Assembly (NCBI GenBank): GCA_964016885.1
Contig: OZ024743.1
Coordinates: forward strand, 231,756,001 to 231,820,000
Reading direction: 5' to 3'
Length of the DNA stretch: 64,000 nucleotides
Origin: Eledone cirrhosa
Lineage: Eukaryota
The notes under the pieces: generated by a model
Seen by the model: only the letters and a program-made list of their open reading frames with translations
The model's database searches: none
Told to the model about the DNA's origin: nothing
Made by a program: the position numbers and the translations under genes
Shown here: positions 26,269 to 40,909 of the stretch, piece after piece
Layout of the letters: every line of letters begins with the position of its first letter
Numbering within the stretch: the first letter of the stretch is position 1

Positions 26269-27029
26269 TATATATATATATATATGCATAAACATATGTA
26301 TGCATACATAAACATATGTATGCATACATACGTCTGAATATGCACATTACTTCATTCTCTTCATTAAATATCCAATGTCTTGCTCTCAGGAGTATTTCTT
26401 CAATTGTTAAACATTTTGATTAATAACCGAAAATAGAGTCAAACGCTCAGTCTAATTGGTTGGCTTTCACCGTACCAATAATTAATTGAAGGTGCTATAC
26501 CAATTTAATTAATTTCTAATTTAATTTTCATATGATTCTTATCGATTCTGTCTTTGATTTCGGTTTGCTTCAAATTGCATACTTTCAGCACATTATCGCT
26601 GTGTTAATTGTGATTACATGCACGTATTTATCTATGTATTGATGCAAACGTATACACTAACATACTTTCAATACACACACAGTTACATGTCGAGATCTTC
26701 TCTATTACTAAGTGAATTAAGTTTAAGAGAAACACGGCAGAATTCCATAAATATAGCCGAACATTGAACCAGAGATTTTAGAAGCACCGATGAACTCCTA
26801 GTAGACTCAGTTAAAACAGTTAATTTGTATCACGTTGACCATGAACACTACCAACGACTAATTTACAATAGCCTCAACTTTCCGTTCAAAAACATTACAT
26901 CACAATCAACGAGTTCAGCACCCCAGGCCCATACATTTCTACTGGAATTTATGTCCACATCCTCATGAGCCACCGAACACCCACTTTTCTGTCATTCTGC
27001 ATGGCGTTTACACTTAAAGCCATACTTAG

Positions 27030-27258
27030 AAACGGAAGAAAATGTGCATCCTTCCCTTTTAAATGAAGGCGAAATGCGTGACACAAATAATTTTAGAAGA
27101 ATTACCCTTACAGCTATAGCCGCCAAGATTTATAATCCAAAGCTACCCAATTGCAGGCGTTCTGAGATTGAAAGGATGCCGAGGAAGAATCAATATAGTG
27201 TCCGTAAGAATATTTACGTCGCCACAGATTTTAACAGTTCTTCAAACCCTAGAGTATA
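27030..27258 (+). pseudogene. RTE-type RT fragment
   Basis: NNFRRITLTAIAAKIYNP..RKNQY, homologous to KNYRGITLMAIAAKIYNL at ~41640. Confidence 0.75.
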
Positions 27259-27450
27259 AAAGAATAATTATATTGGCTTATAGTCATAAATTAGGTAAAA
27301 AATATTCAAATGTACCAGATTCCTCAGTCCTTAGGATTGAGGGCTCTGACACCTTTGGATAAACTTTACCTAATTTCTACTACAATATATATATGCACAT
27401 ACACACATAGATACACACAGACACAACCAAACATACACGCACACATACGA

Positions 27451-27526
<76 letters not shown>

Positions 27527-27647
27527 CATATATAAATAACCAGCATTCGTCTGAAATCATCAGCAATCAGCAACATCTGAATGTTTGCTTCTCTCTTTGA
27601 CTGTCTATCTATTTGTCTGCCCGTTTACTTATATATATATATATAAA

Positions 27648-28210
27648 TTTAAGTCCAAAGAATCATTAGATAAAATATATACAGTATTTCCTCTCCCAAT
27701 CAGTATAAATCAACCACACAAAAAATCATTTAAACGAGGCTATAAGTTTAAAATTTACTTATGAAGAAATAATAGAAAAATGATATAGCTTCTTTTCCGC
27801 GATGTACAGCCACATGATATTTACCTAATATTCCTTCTAACCTGTAGAAATTGACCAGATATATAGCTAACTAGACGGAATTAGGTAAACAGTGGAACTA
27901 AACCACCGTTTGGTGGAGATTATGAAGTTTCTGGTAAAGTTTATGTACATTTTTTCTTCTAACTTCGATTTTGTACATAATTCCGTGTAGTTAGATATAT
28001 ATATAGTCAATTTATACAGGCTAGAGGGAATATTAGGTAAATGTCATGTGGCTGTACATCGCGGAAAAGAAGCTATATCATTTGTCTATTATTTTTTCAT
28101 AAGTACATTTTAAACTTATAGCCACGTTTAAATGATTTTGTGTGTGGTTGATTCATACTGATTGGGAGGTAATACTGTATATATTTTACCTAATAATTCT
28201 TTGGACTTAT
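27648..28210. repeat. diverged inverted repeat (~235-bp arms, ~90-bp spacer)
   Basis: taagtccaaagaatc...gacggaatta versus taattccg...tctttggactta. Confidence 0.85.
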
Positions 28211-28335
28211 ATTCTCATATATTGCTATGATTATTAATTATTTAATTAATTCTTCATTGAGCCACACCGTAAATGGTTACAAAAACATATATATGTATCT
28301 ATGACTTTGTCTAATTTATATATATACGCTTTAAA

Positions 28336-28410
<75 letters not shown>

Positions 28411-28418
28411 TATATATA

Positions 28419-28518
<100 letters not shown>

Positions 28519-29015
28519 TGTGCTTGTGTGTGTGTCTGTCAGTATATATGTATCTATATAAATACATCCGTACGTCAGACAGAGAGTGAGAGACACATTC
28601 AAACATTCATACAGACAAATATTGCAGTAATGAAACAAACAAATTTCAAGTAAATAAGAGTAAAAAAGAAGAAAAAGACAACGGTAAATACAAATAGAAT
28701 TGCATTTATATAGTACTCAGCGTCATGTGATAAAAAAGGGAAAATAAGCAACGAAGATATTTACACATTCATTTTATGTGAATTTCTGAAATGTTAAAAG
28801 AACAAAAATATAAACTGAAATTTGAATATATATTCCTCTAGAATGTATTCACTTTAAAGAGCACTTATTGAAAGAGATTTTTTTTAAAGAGAAAAGTTAA
28901 AGCAATTTTTTTTTTAGGCTGTGTGCATGTATACATGTATGACTGAATATATTTTAGAGTGTGAATGAGATATGACAATTTATACACATACGCCCACTCA
29001 CGGAAAAATCTATTT

Positions 29016-29114
<99 letters not shown>

Positions 29115-29287
29115 GCATACGCAGATCCTTATGCACAAATGATACCTGAAGAGGATGACGGCAAATAATGAAGTATGGCCGACAGAATGTGAAATATAGA
29201 TTGATAGAATATGTATTAATTTTTAAACTCAGCAAAATAAATTGTTAATATAGTATAGCCACCCACTCAAATATATACAGAGAATAT

Positions 29288-29393
<106 letters not shown>

Positions 29394-29416
29394 ATATATT
29401 TATATATTTATATATT

Positions 29417-29447
<31 letters not shown>

Positions 29448-29499
29448 TTATATATTTATATATATATATATATATATTTATATATTTATATATTTATAT

Positions 29500-29556
<57 letters not shown>

Positions 29557-29585
29557 CATGTATATGTAAATATATAAATATATAT

Positions 29586-29637
<52 letters not shown>

Positions 29638-29754
29638 TTATATATTTATATATTTACATATACATGTATTTATATATATATATATATATAGGAAGAGAAA
29701 AGGAAAACCAATATATATATATATATATATTGGTTTTCCTTTTCTGTTCCTTTT

Positions 29755-29788
<34 letters not shown>

Positions 29789-30230
29789 TATATACATATA
29801 TATTATATATTTATAAATAGGAAAAGAAAAGGAAAGCCAAGTGAAAGACAGAGTGTTATAGTTATAGCTAATTATGCCACCAACAAGTTTTCACACCCCT
29901 AGAGAAATGTGTAAAATATGAAAATGGAAGAGAAGCAAAAAAAACTATCTAGCATTATAAGCAGCACCATTTAACATTTTTTTATTTTATTCAGGTCCCT
30001 ATTCCTGGAAATAATAGGTTTCTGCAAAACGCCATATATTTCATAGCTGCTTATGTCAAAGTGAATTGGCACACACACATATACATATACATAACACACT
30101 CACACAAGCCTGTGTGCCTTTGTGTGAGTTTCTCAAATTTTATGCATACGTATGTATTACTTTATGAAATATATTTATTCTAATATAAATATGTACACTT
30201 CCGGCAGCATGGTGTTGCATCTATATGTAT

Positions 30231-30413
30231 ATAATTGTTTCTACTTTTGGCACAAGGCCAGCAATTACCCAGTGCATTACTGGTACTTTATTTTATCGAT
30301 GTAAGGATGAAAGGCAAAGTTAACCTCGGCGGGATTTGAACTCACATCATAAAGGTACGTAACTCTATGCTTCAAAGCATGGTGTCCGACTCTTTACCGA
30401 TACTGCCAATCCA
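30231..30413 (-). mobile_element. tRNA-derived SINE
   Basis: Core, B box and A-box region on the minus strand. Confidence 0.9.
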
Positions 30414-30702
30414 ATATAATAGAGTTATATATATAAGGAATTGCTCTGTGTAAGCGGAAGTGGCCACTGTCGAACATGAAATACTCAATACATATCAGAT
30501 GGATATATATATAGCAAAGAAAGTGTGGTAAGATACCAGGTGGATCATAACACACCAGAGTACTCGATACTCAGGGTGGTAGAGTGGGTAATAGGAAAGG
30601 AGTCAGGGTCCTGACACTTTTCCTATTACCCACTCGAACCTAGCTGTCCAAGCGGCCAGAGCTCAGCCGTCAGGGTCCTGTCTCTCTTCCTCTATTTATA
30701 TG

Positions 30703-30842
<140 letters not shown>

Positions 30843-31032
30843 CGTGTGTATGTGTGTGTGTGTGAATATAAATGTCAAGAATAAACGAGAAATAATAGTT
30901 GTCAACTTCGAAAGATGACATTCGAATGTTTCTTTGGTGAAATACCTACGTCTATATAGAAAGTTCCTGTTTGATTGTACATCTAATGGCGTGTCGACAT
31001 GCCAGAAAATCAAATTACCCTGTAGATTGTAA

Positions 31033-31081
<49 letters not shown>

Positions 31082-31259
31082 ATAATAATAAATGTGAAGA
31101 CTAAAATCCGAAGAGGGCGCGATAGGGATAATATATATATGTATCAAATATATAAAAATCATAGAGGAAATATATATATATGTGTGTGTGTGTGTCTGTT
31201 TGTGTGTGTGTGTGTCTGTTTGTCTGTGTGTAAATACATATTCATTGTTCCCTTTTATA

Positions 31260-31334
<75 letters not shown>

Positions 31335-31337
<3 letters not shown>

Positions 31338-31521
31338 TGTTTCTACTTTTGGCACAACACCACCAATTACCCAGTGCATTACTGGTATTTTATTTTATCG
31401 ACCCAGTAAGGATGTAAGGCAAAGTTAACCTTAGCGGATTTGAACTCAGACCATAAAGGACCGTAACTCTATGCAGCAAAGCATGGTGTCCGGCTCTCCA
31501 CCAATACTGCCAATCCACCGC
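31335..31521 (-). mobile_element. tRNA-derived SINE
   Basis: Same SINE consensus. Confidence 0.9.
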
Positions 31522-31524
31522 ACT

Positions 31525-32140
31525 AACTAATTATTTTCTGTAAGGGGATAAATATGGTTACGGAGTGTACCCATACAGAAGCATTACGTCATCTGGGTGT
31601 CTATTCTCAGCTAAGCTTCCAGGCAATGCGGGGACACTGGGAACTTATATAAAAATAATTCAGTGGATGGAAAAAAGCGAGCGGGCCTAGATTCCAAGAC
31701 ATTGAAAAATTCACTGCTCCCTTGGTCAAGTGGCAAATTCAAAAGAATCAATCACGTGACACTGAGGTTAATCAGCTAGGAGTGGGGGTGCTTTAAGACA
31801 GAGCCTAGCCACTACTATTAATCACAGTAGTAATTTCGTCAAATTTTGCTCAACAAATAATTTGGAGATAATTATAAAGAATTAATATATCTACCGACAT
31901 ATGTATACAGATGTATACCTATGTTAGCAAATATATATGTTTTGTCTTAGTAACTTTGTGGTTCTATGCAAGGGGATGCAGAACAATTATATGAAATACG
32001 TAAAAGGTTATGAAAACTGACTTACTTACTAAAATTTCACTCCAACTAATTAGTTTCTGTAAGGGGATAAATATGGTTACGGAGTGTACCCATAGAGAAG
32101 CCTTACGTCATCAGGTAGTCTATTCTCAGCTAAGCTTCTT
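31525..32140. repeat. ~95-bp direct repeat pair (31525-31620 and 32045-32140)
   Basis: ttctgtaaggggataaatatggttacggagtgtacccata...ctattctcagctaagcttc occurs twice. Confidence 0.8.
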
Positions 32141-32223
32141 GGCTCAGCCTATATCCAGAGTTGATGGTCGCATTGTTCACATCTCTCTCGTGAAAACCAT
32201 GATGCAAAGGCGAAATAATAATA

Positions 32224-32432
32224 ATAATGGTTTCTACCTTAGCTACAGCAATTTTGGGGGGAGGGGAAAATCGATTAACTCGACCTCAGTGCGTGACTGG
32301 TGCTATATTTTATCGGCCCCGTAAGGATGAAAGACAAAGCTAAACTCGGTGGGAATTGAACTCAGAACATAAGGGGGTGTAATTCTATACTGTTAAGCAG
32401 GTTGTCCGAAGCTCTACCGGTCTACCAATCCA
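32224..32432 (-). mobile_element. tRNA-derived SINE, diverged subfamily with the longer 3' insert
   Basis: Core present, plus ttttgggggaggggaaaatcgatt segment shared with 53882-54103. Confidence 0.8.
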
Positions 32433-33878
32433 GGTTTTTCCTGAATAACTGATAGTATCGTGCCGAATAACATTATAGACTCCTAAAAAGAAGCTCTCCG
32501 TAAGATTTTAAATAGATAGCACATCATCGCCAAAGAGAAAATGAATTTCACCGGTAAAAGAAAAGGAATATTGTAGAAAGAAACAATGAATACTATCATA
32601 TAGGAATATATTTTATGTATGTCTTGCCTCTAACATATATATTATTTTGTTAAGTTAGGAACCGAGCGAAAATGCAACACAGCCACAACCCCTTGACTTG
32701 GAGTGTCTACAAGCCCAGAACAATAACATCCAATGCAACAACAATAAAACAAAGTTAAAATGAAAGAAAGTGAAAAACATTGAAATTCGATGCATGTATT
32801 TCATAAATGTTATTGATTGTTGATTTATTACAAGTTTTCAAAATGTTGCCAACCTGTGCGTTACGAAAAGTGGATAAACATAGAAAAATCATAACCAAAC
32901 ACAAACTTTAAAAATGAAACAAATAAATACTGTATATTCTGCTGAAAGCGAATAAAAATACTGAGGCACGTACGTTCAATGTAAGGGGAAAATACGAAGA
33001 ACTGTGTGTGCAAAAACTTACAAGCTTAGAAGCAACGATATGTAGCATTGAAGCATTACCTTCAAGTGCCACAAATAAAATCGCACACACATAAATGTAT
33101 ATGCGAGGAATATGTTTCGAATCAATATGCATATTTTACGGAAACAATGTCTCCTAAAAAGAGCAATAATATACAGTTATAAAATCTGGGAGATAAATAA
33201 ACCACGCCTTTCAACTACGATATCAACAAACAAGCCTAACAAAATACGAACAATAAAAGAAAAATAATATTTATGTATTGATAATATTGATAATATTTAT
33301 GTAAAATATCAAATAACATATGAAAATACAAAAAGAAACAACTAATGAAATAAATATTGAGTATTTAAACCAGGAATAAAGGAAACAACTTCTCCGAAAC
33401 ATACAGCAAAACGCAAGAGATATACAGAATACTGAATAACAAAATCTGATTTAGAACAATTCAGCAAAAGTACAAATGGAAGGAAATAGGATGAGGAAGG
33501 CGGAATACTAATGACAAAATTCAAGACGACAGTAGGATATATAATCCAAGGACTGTAGCTGTTGGTATGGGCGAAAGAATACACCCCCAAAGAAAAAGAA
33601 GTAGTAATAAAATAGCATCAATTATAAAACAAAACGCCAATCTGGTATTGATAGTCTGAAGTAGCCTACATTTATTACTAAAGAATGTAAACAAGCCCTT
33701 AATTTTCTTGTTTTTGTTCGTCGTTCGGAGTGGAAGATTACCAAGACAACAATGCTGGGTTGAGAGCTGGTGTGTCTTAACCAATATATACACACAAACT
33801 CACACACACACACATATGTATATATATATGTATATGTATATATATGTATATGTATATATATGTATATATATATGTGTG

Positions 33879-33924
<46 letters not shown>

Positions 33925-33929
<5 letters not shown>

Positions 33930-34484
33930 ACTAGAAATAGATTGACATGTATATATATCAAATAAACATATGAAGCAATCACAGGGAATAATTTGTAAAG
34001 TGTATAAGCACACACAGCTAGGTAGGTAACTAATTAAAGTTTAACAAGAACTTCAAATATAGATACCTTTTAAAATGATTAATCTCCTTTGTATATATTT
34101 CTTTAAATAAGAAATATATTTCACCAATTAATCAGTAAATCACAGTAGTCACATCCTGGATGGCCACCAAAGGAGAAGAAATAACTATCTGCGTTTACAA
34201 AGCAAATGCAAATCTGTGAATGACTCGTACATCGTGTTGCATTTTTTTAAATATACACACATCGCACAGCGTCATCCCAGTGGCGTCAATAGGATTATCG
34301 ACAGCTAGAAATAGCAGCCGACTCCATTCAACGGAGTTAGCTCTACAATTAAGGGGCGTATATATATCCAAAATTAAATTAAGGGTGTCATGTCTGATAG
34401 ACATGCGCCATATCCACTGCAGAATAAGCTCAAAGATTCCAATGAAGGGATCCGAGCTTTTTATATCAACTAGAAATAGATTTT

Positions 34485-34566
<82 letters not shown>

Positions 34567-34895
34567 CATATGAAGCAATCACAGGGAATAATTTGTAAGC
34601 ACACATAGCTAGGTAGGTAACTAATTAAAGTTTAACTAGAACTTCAAATAACCTTTTAAAAGGATTAATCTCACTTGATTAATGATTAAAATGATTAATC
34701 TCCTAGCTATGTGTGCTTACACACTTTACAAATTATTCCCTGTGATTGCTCCATATGTTTATTTTATATATATATGTCAATCTATTTCTAGTTGATATAA
34801 CATGCTCGGATCTATTCATTGGAATGTTTGAGCTTATTCTGCAGTGGATATGGCGCATGTCTCTCAGACATGACACCCTTAATTTCATTTTGGAT
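33925..34895. mobile_element. PLE GIY-YIG remnant with direct and inverted 3'-end copies
   Basis: Broken peptide DSYIVLHF..IIDS/TARNSSRL...YISKIK (34130-34390); 33927-34090 repeated at 34465-34672; 34365-34615 inverted at 34702-34895. Confidence 0.6.
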
Positions 34896-35076
34896 ATATA
34901 TATATATATATATATATACAGCGTGAGAAAAACCACAGACCCTCAATCTCAACTCTACTTTTGAAAATCAGAAGAATTGCGAAACCGGTAAAGGAACCAA
35001 ATAAATATATATATTTAAAAAAGAAACTCCATTTGCATTTTCGATTTCATCTTTTTACCCTATATATATATATATA

Positions 35077-38000
35077 TCGATCCTCACGCCTCCTAATGCG
35101 CAGCTCCATCCGCGCCTCCCGATCCATCCTCCGCAAACTTGACTACTAACTGACCCCCACCCTCCTCCGCCTTAACTCCACCTGCCACCCCCTCCTCGCC
35201 CACGCCATCCTCCTCTTCATCCAAAACCTCAACCACGACCTCTTCTCCTTCCTCACCTCCACCAAAGCTCGTAAGCTACACTCACTTCTCCCAACCACCC
35301 CCATCCACCACCCCTCGCCCATCCCTATGGGCCCCCCACACCCATCCCCACCTCTATCTACCCCTCCCTCTACCCACACCCCTACCCTATCTCCACCTTC
35401 CACCTCACCCCTCACCACACCCTCCCTTCCTCCCTCACACACCAAAACCCCACCACTTGTTGTCACCATACCCCCTGACCCCCCCTCACCGCACCGGAGA
35501 GCTCACTCCTTAGTAGAGGCCTTCGCTTCATACCCCACACTCCGCACAGCGACGAGTTCCGCACCCGAACGGAAGTCGAGCGATTCGTGCGACGCACGAA
35601 GCTACAGGCACATTTCGGCCGAACGCTATAGGCTCCGAACGCCACCGGCTCCGAACGCCACCGGCTCCGAACGCCCCAGACCCGTTTCTCGCCCTGGGCC
35701 GACGACCATCTTCTTGGACGCCAGCCCCAGGGCAATTTAGCACCCTGGACGCGTTCGTCGATGCCAGCCGTAGCGCCGTAAATTGTTTCGATTTCCGCCA
35801 CCGTTCCAAACGGAATAACTTCACACGGGGCGAACTCCTCGTTCTCCGCTGCCTCCGCAGCCGAGATGACATCGTCATCAAACCGGCGGACAAGGGAGGC
35901 GCCGTGGTGGTGTGGCGCGCGGACCTCTACACGGCCGAAGCCCTCAGGCAGCTCCGTAACCCCCTCCTCTACCGCCATCCGATCCCACACCCCTCTACCA
36001 ACAACAAGTTTCCTCCACCATCCAACACCTTGTCTCCCCCCCCCCCCCCACCGCTTCTCACCTCATCGTCCGCACACCCCGCACCCTCACCATCTACTTC
36101 CTCCCCAAACTCCACAAACCCGACAACCCCGGCCGCCCCATCGTCTCCGCTTGCAACTGACCCCACCGAACTCATCTCCGCCTTTCTTGACTCCATCCTC
36201 GCCCCCCTTGTCACCACCCTCCCCTCCCACATCTCCGACACCAACCACGCCCTGCGCCCTTTCGACTCCTTCACCTACCCACCCGGCCCACAGCCCTTCA
36301 TCTTCACTCTAGACATCAAGTCCCTCTATACTGTCATCTCTCACGCCGGCAGCCTACGTGCCCTCAAGCACTACCTCGATCTTCGCCCCTCCCCCATCCC
36401 GTCCACCCCCACCCTCCTTCGCCTCGCCGAGCTGGTCCTCACCCTCAACAGTTTCTCCTTCTCGGGTGAGTTTTACCAACAGGTCACGGGGGTAGCCATG
36501 GGTACAAGAATGGGCCCAAACAATGCCAACCTTTTTGTTGGCCGTGTTGAGGCCCAAATATTTGCCCAGTACACCGGCCCCACGCCCGAACTGTACGGTC
36601 GTTACATCGACGACTGTATCGGAGCCACGACCCTCACCCGAGAACAGCTCGACTCCTTTCTCTCCTTCTTCTGCTCCTTCCACCCCTCCCCACACTTCAC
36701 CACCTCTATCTCCACCACCCACGTCCACTTCTTAGACATCTCCGTCGCCTTCGACCCCTCCCACCACTATCTCGTCACCTCCGCCTTCTTCAAAACTACC
36801 GACTCCCACTCCTACCTCGACTTCACCTCTTCCCACCCCACACACACTAAACACTCTATTCCCTACTCCCAACTCCTAAGGATCCGCCGCCTCTGTAGCC
36901 GAGATGCTGACTTTGAGTCCCAGGCCCTTTCCCTAGTCAGCCATTTCATCGGCAGAGGTCCCCCCGCACCCCACCCCCTCTCTCGTCCACACCGCTCTCA
37001 CCCACGCCCGTGCTGTCCACCGCTCCACCACCCTCACCCCACTCCACCGCACACCCACCCACCGTCTTCCTTTCCCCATCACCTACAACCCCTCCACCAT
37101 GCCCCTCCACCGCACCATCCTCCGCCTCTTCCTCCGTCTCCAGTCCGACCCCTCCAGCTCCCACATCTTCCCAGCCCCACCACTCCCCACCTTCAAACGC
37201 ACACGCAATCTCCGCACCCTCCTCGTCCACAGCTCCCAACCCACGCTCCACCCCGGTTCCTTTCCCTGTTCCAGGCTCCGCTGCAACACCTTTCCCCACA
37301 TCACCAACACCACCACCTTCCAGGGTCCCAACGGCCACTCTCTCTCTGTCCGGCATGCCTTCCGTGGCACCCCATCCAACCTAGTCTACGGAGTTCGTTG
37401 CACGGAGTGCAGCGCGACTTACGTCGGACAGACTGGACGTCGCCTGGCGGTCAGATTTACTGAACACCTCCGGGATATTCGTCTCGGTGGTAGTTCCCCC
37501 ATCACCCGCCACTTTGGTGCCCCTGGACATTCCGCACACCACCTCACAGTCTGTGGCCTACTCCAATGCCACGGAACATCCGCCACTCTCCTCAGGGTCA
37601 AACAACGAACCATCTTCACCCTACAGACCCACACTCCCCCCGGCCTGAACTCCCCACCCTTATTCCTTTAGCCTTCGACCGCCCCCTCCCCTACACATAT
37701 CCCCCACTAACACCACTAACACACCCCTCCTTTTCACCGCCCACCCCACAACTAACAATACTAACACCTCCACCCCACATTCGACCACGCTTCCCCAACT
37801 AACATACTAACATCCCTCCCTTCTTCTCCTCCCCCATCCTTATCACACGCACACACCCACCGGTACATATATACACGCGCGCTCACACTAAACACACACC
37901 CTACTACCACCACTAACCCTCACCCCCACACATCCACCCCACCACCCCGCAACTAACATCACTAACACCCCCGACCCCAAGCACACGAACACACACAACC

Positions 38001-39189
38001 ACTTACACCACCCACTCTACACACCCTACCACCACTGACCCCCACTCACACCCGCATTCAACCCTTTCTCCACCTCCAGTATACTAACACCCACTAACAC
38101 CCCTTCTCACACACACTCATCCAAACACGCACACACACACCAGTACACTACACTCCCTCTATCGGCCTCCACACCCTTCTCTCCCCGCTCCACCCACACC
38201 CTTTCTCAAACACACACAATGCCACTAACACCTCTACTAATACACCCCCCTCTTCACTCCAACTTTCACACCTACCCATCCTCTCCCCTGTCCACCGCAC
38301 CTCCGCACACACTGACACACCGACTTTCTTCACTTACCATTCTACCCTACTGCTGCTATGCCTCTCTGACCACCTCCCCGCACACACAGACACACAACCC
38401 TTCTCCTGCCTTGACCCTCTGACCACTTCCTGTTACGCGCACAACCCACATCTCCCCTCTTCCGACCAATCTCTTCACGGATTACACATATGTGAACCTT
38501 GATCCCGAGATTCCACCACATCCCAAGGATATTACTCAACATTCCACCACATCCTTTTACGGAATTACCTTAACAACTCACCCTCGGACGTACACGCCAC
38601 CTACATCCACAACACGCATAAACACCACACACACACGTGCGTACCACCACATATTTACACAGTCAACCTCTGGAATCGTCACCCCCCCCCCCCCCCCACG
38701 CACACACACTCCGACCTACACCCCACCCCACATACACCTCTTCCAGAACATGCAACCCCGTTCTTCCCCCAACTCTTACTTTCACATACACACACACACA
38801 CACACACGTACACCTACACACACACACCACCTTCAGCCCTCCCCGCTCGGACGCCCGTCTCCCTCTCCCCACTCCACCCGCCACCACCCCTACACGCCCC
38901 ACACTCTTCCACCACCTGTTTTACTCCATGTGTATTTTTAATTTTATTTTGATCATGCCTTTATATTTAATTTCATTTGTACCGTTTCCTCTCACTCCTT
39001 TTTTTCTATATGTCTCTCCACCACTCCCCTACACACCCTTGGAACTCTCTTCCCACACACTTTTCACCTGAAGGAAGGCTTATGCCCGAAACGTTGTTCC
39101 CCACCACCACCACCACCCCACTCTCAAGAGCGTGAAACTAATAAACCTTTGTTTGTACTGCTTCTCTGTTTTGTTCCCGTTTAATTTTT

Positions 39190-39192
<3 letters not shown>
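35077..39192 (+). mobile_element. longer copy of C-rich Penelope-like element family A, frameshifted
   Basis: IVIKPADKGGAVVVW, FTLDIKSLYT, GVAMGTRMGP, RYIDD, HSIPYSQLLRIRRLCS. GIY-YIG NLVYGVRCTECSATYVGQTGRRLAVRFTEH. ~1.5-kb C/A-rich 3' UTR with HHR-like core at ~39068; (TA)n on both sides. Confidence 0.92.
35904..37671 (+). pseudogene. PLE RT (35904-~36960) and GIY-YIG endonuclease (37099-37671) in shifted frames
   Basis: The 519-aa and 190-aa ORFs carry the RT and endonuclease motifs respectively. Confidence 0.9.
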
Positions 39193-39268
<76 letters not shown>

Positions 39269-39368
39269 TATATGTATATATATATATATATATATATAAA
39301 TATATATGTATATATATGTATATATATATATATATATATAAATATATATGTATATATATATGTATATA

Positions 39369-39412
<44 letters not shown>

Positions 39413-39422
39413 AAAAAGTATG

Positions 39423-39519
39423 ACCCCGACGGCAGATCTCAAGCCGTTTCGACGGCTATTTCTGAACTAAATTAGAATGTTTAGCCTGCTGAATAAATAC
39501 CCGAACTTGTCAAGGGGGT
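39423..39519 (-). ncRNA. atypical type I HHR (family G): UUGACAA core, long stem II, 5-bp stem III
   Basis: cccc TTGACAA gttcgggtattt...aaatagccgtc GAAAC ggc ttgagatct gcc GTC gggg. Confidence 0.7.
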
Positions 39520-40909
39520 ACTTCCTTATATGGGAAGATTGTAGTTGTCAAGAGGATTGGTTAAAATTTGTTGTAAAGACAAATAAGTCTATCATGGCAT
39601 ATGGTGGAAGGTAGGGGTGGCTGAAATTGCCTGTAGAACAATAGGGGAGTGAGTGGAGCAGTCAAGCGTTGAAAGTGATATGTATACAGCAGATTCTAAG
39701 GATAGTGTATGAAGTGGAGGAGGGAGGTTATAGAATAGGTAAATCGAATGAGAGTAGGAGGCAATAAAATATAATAGAACGACATAAATAAAATATCTAA
39801 AATTAGATAGTGAGAAATGAATTTAAAAAAAAAATCACAATGCTATCTTACAATTGCAGGTTAATAAGTTGAGAATAGAAAAAACTGATACAAAAATAAA
39901 AGGTGTTTAATACGTCTGCTATAAGTAGTTAGTAAAACGTATTCGGCCAATTCCATCTTAAAATATATATATATGTATATATATGTATATATATATATAT
40001 GTAGGAGGTGAGTTTTATTGTAGTACAATCCATCCTATCACTGGCCATAAAATTTACTATTACCCTTTTAAATACTTTATAGTATCACCTTGAAAAATCC
40101 TTCGTAAACATAAACATTTTTTTGACGTTAGATTATTCATCCTCAATTCATTAATTGTTTCTCCCTTTCATGCTCATATTACACATATTCATCCACTCTT
40201 CTACTTCTTTTCACAATATATGCTTAATTACATTACTATTTTTATATTTCTTTTAATAATACATATCAACAATTTCTTTCCATCGCACATATTATTAAAC
40301 CCTTCAATATTCAAACCTTAACTTAATATTATTCTTAATACATATTTACAATTTCTTTTCATCGCACATATTATTAAACCCTTCAATATACAAACCTTAA
40401 TTTAACATTATTCTTAAATTTTTCTTTTCGTTAATTTTCAAATTCTTTTAATTTATATATTATCTTCCAACGGTTTTTTAACCTCTCTCTCTGTAAAACA
40501 ATATAATTTTCTCAATTATAAAAGGCTATCTCTCTCTCTCTATCACCCATCTTTCCTCCTATCTCATCCTTCCTTATTATACTCCTCCCCCTCCATTCTT
40601 TACTCTCATCTCCTCCTCTTTTTTACCCCCCCCCCCCCCTTCAATTTTTTCCCAATATCACACATCAATCTAAAACTACTTTTCATATGTTGATTTAAAA
40701 CTGCACTATTCACAAGTATTTTTTAACCTTCATATCACGTCTCCCTATTTTATCTGACGAAAACGCAAATGTCATCGCATGATGATATTTGTTTTTGAAA
40801 TGCGCATAATAAAATAAATGGAACTCTTTTAACCATCTTTTGATCTTATATATTATACATATATGTATAATATATAAGATCTTATATATTATACATATAT
40901 GTATAAAAA

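Noticed and set aside
29143-29200. CTGAAGA...GAAA with a cggc/gccg stem; similar degenerate motifs at ~9322, ~56123 and ~60975-61025
   Set aside because: Core or stem I mismatches and no second copy in the window to support them; possibly decayed HHRs, not counted.
40255-40905. Short tandem duplications (~78 bp at 40255-40420; ~29 bp at 40842-40905)
   Set aside because: Ordinary slippage-type duplications in AT-rich DNA with no further structure.
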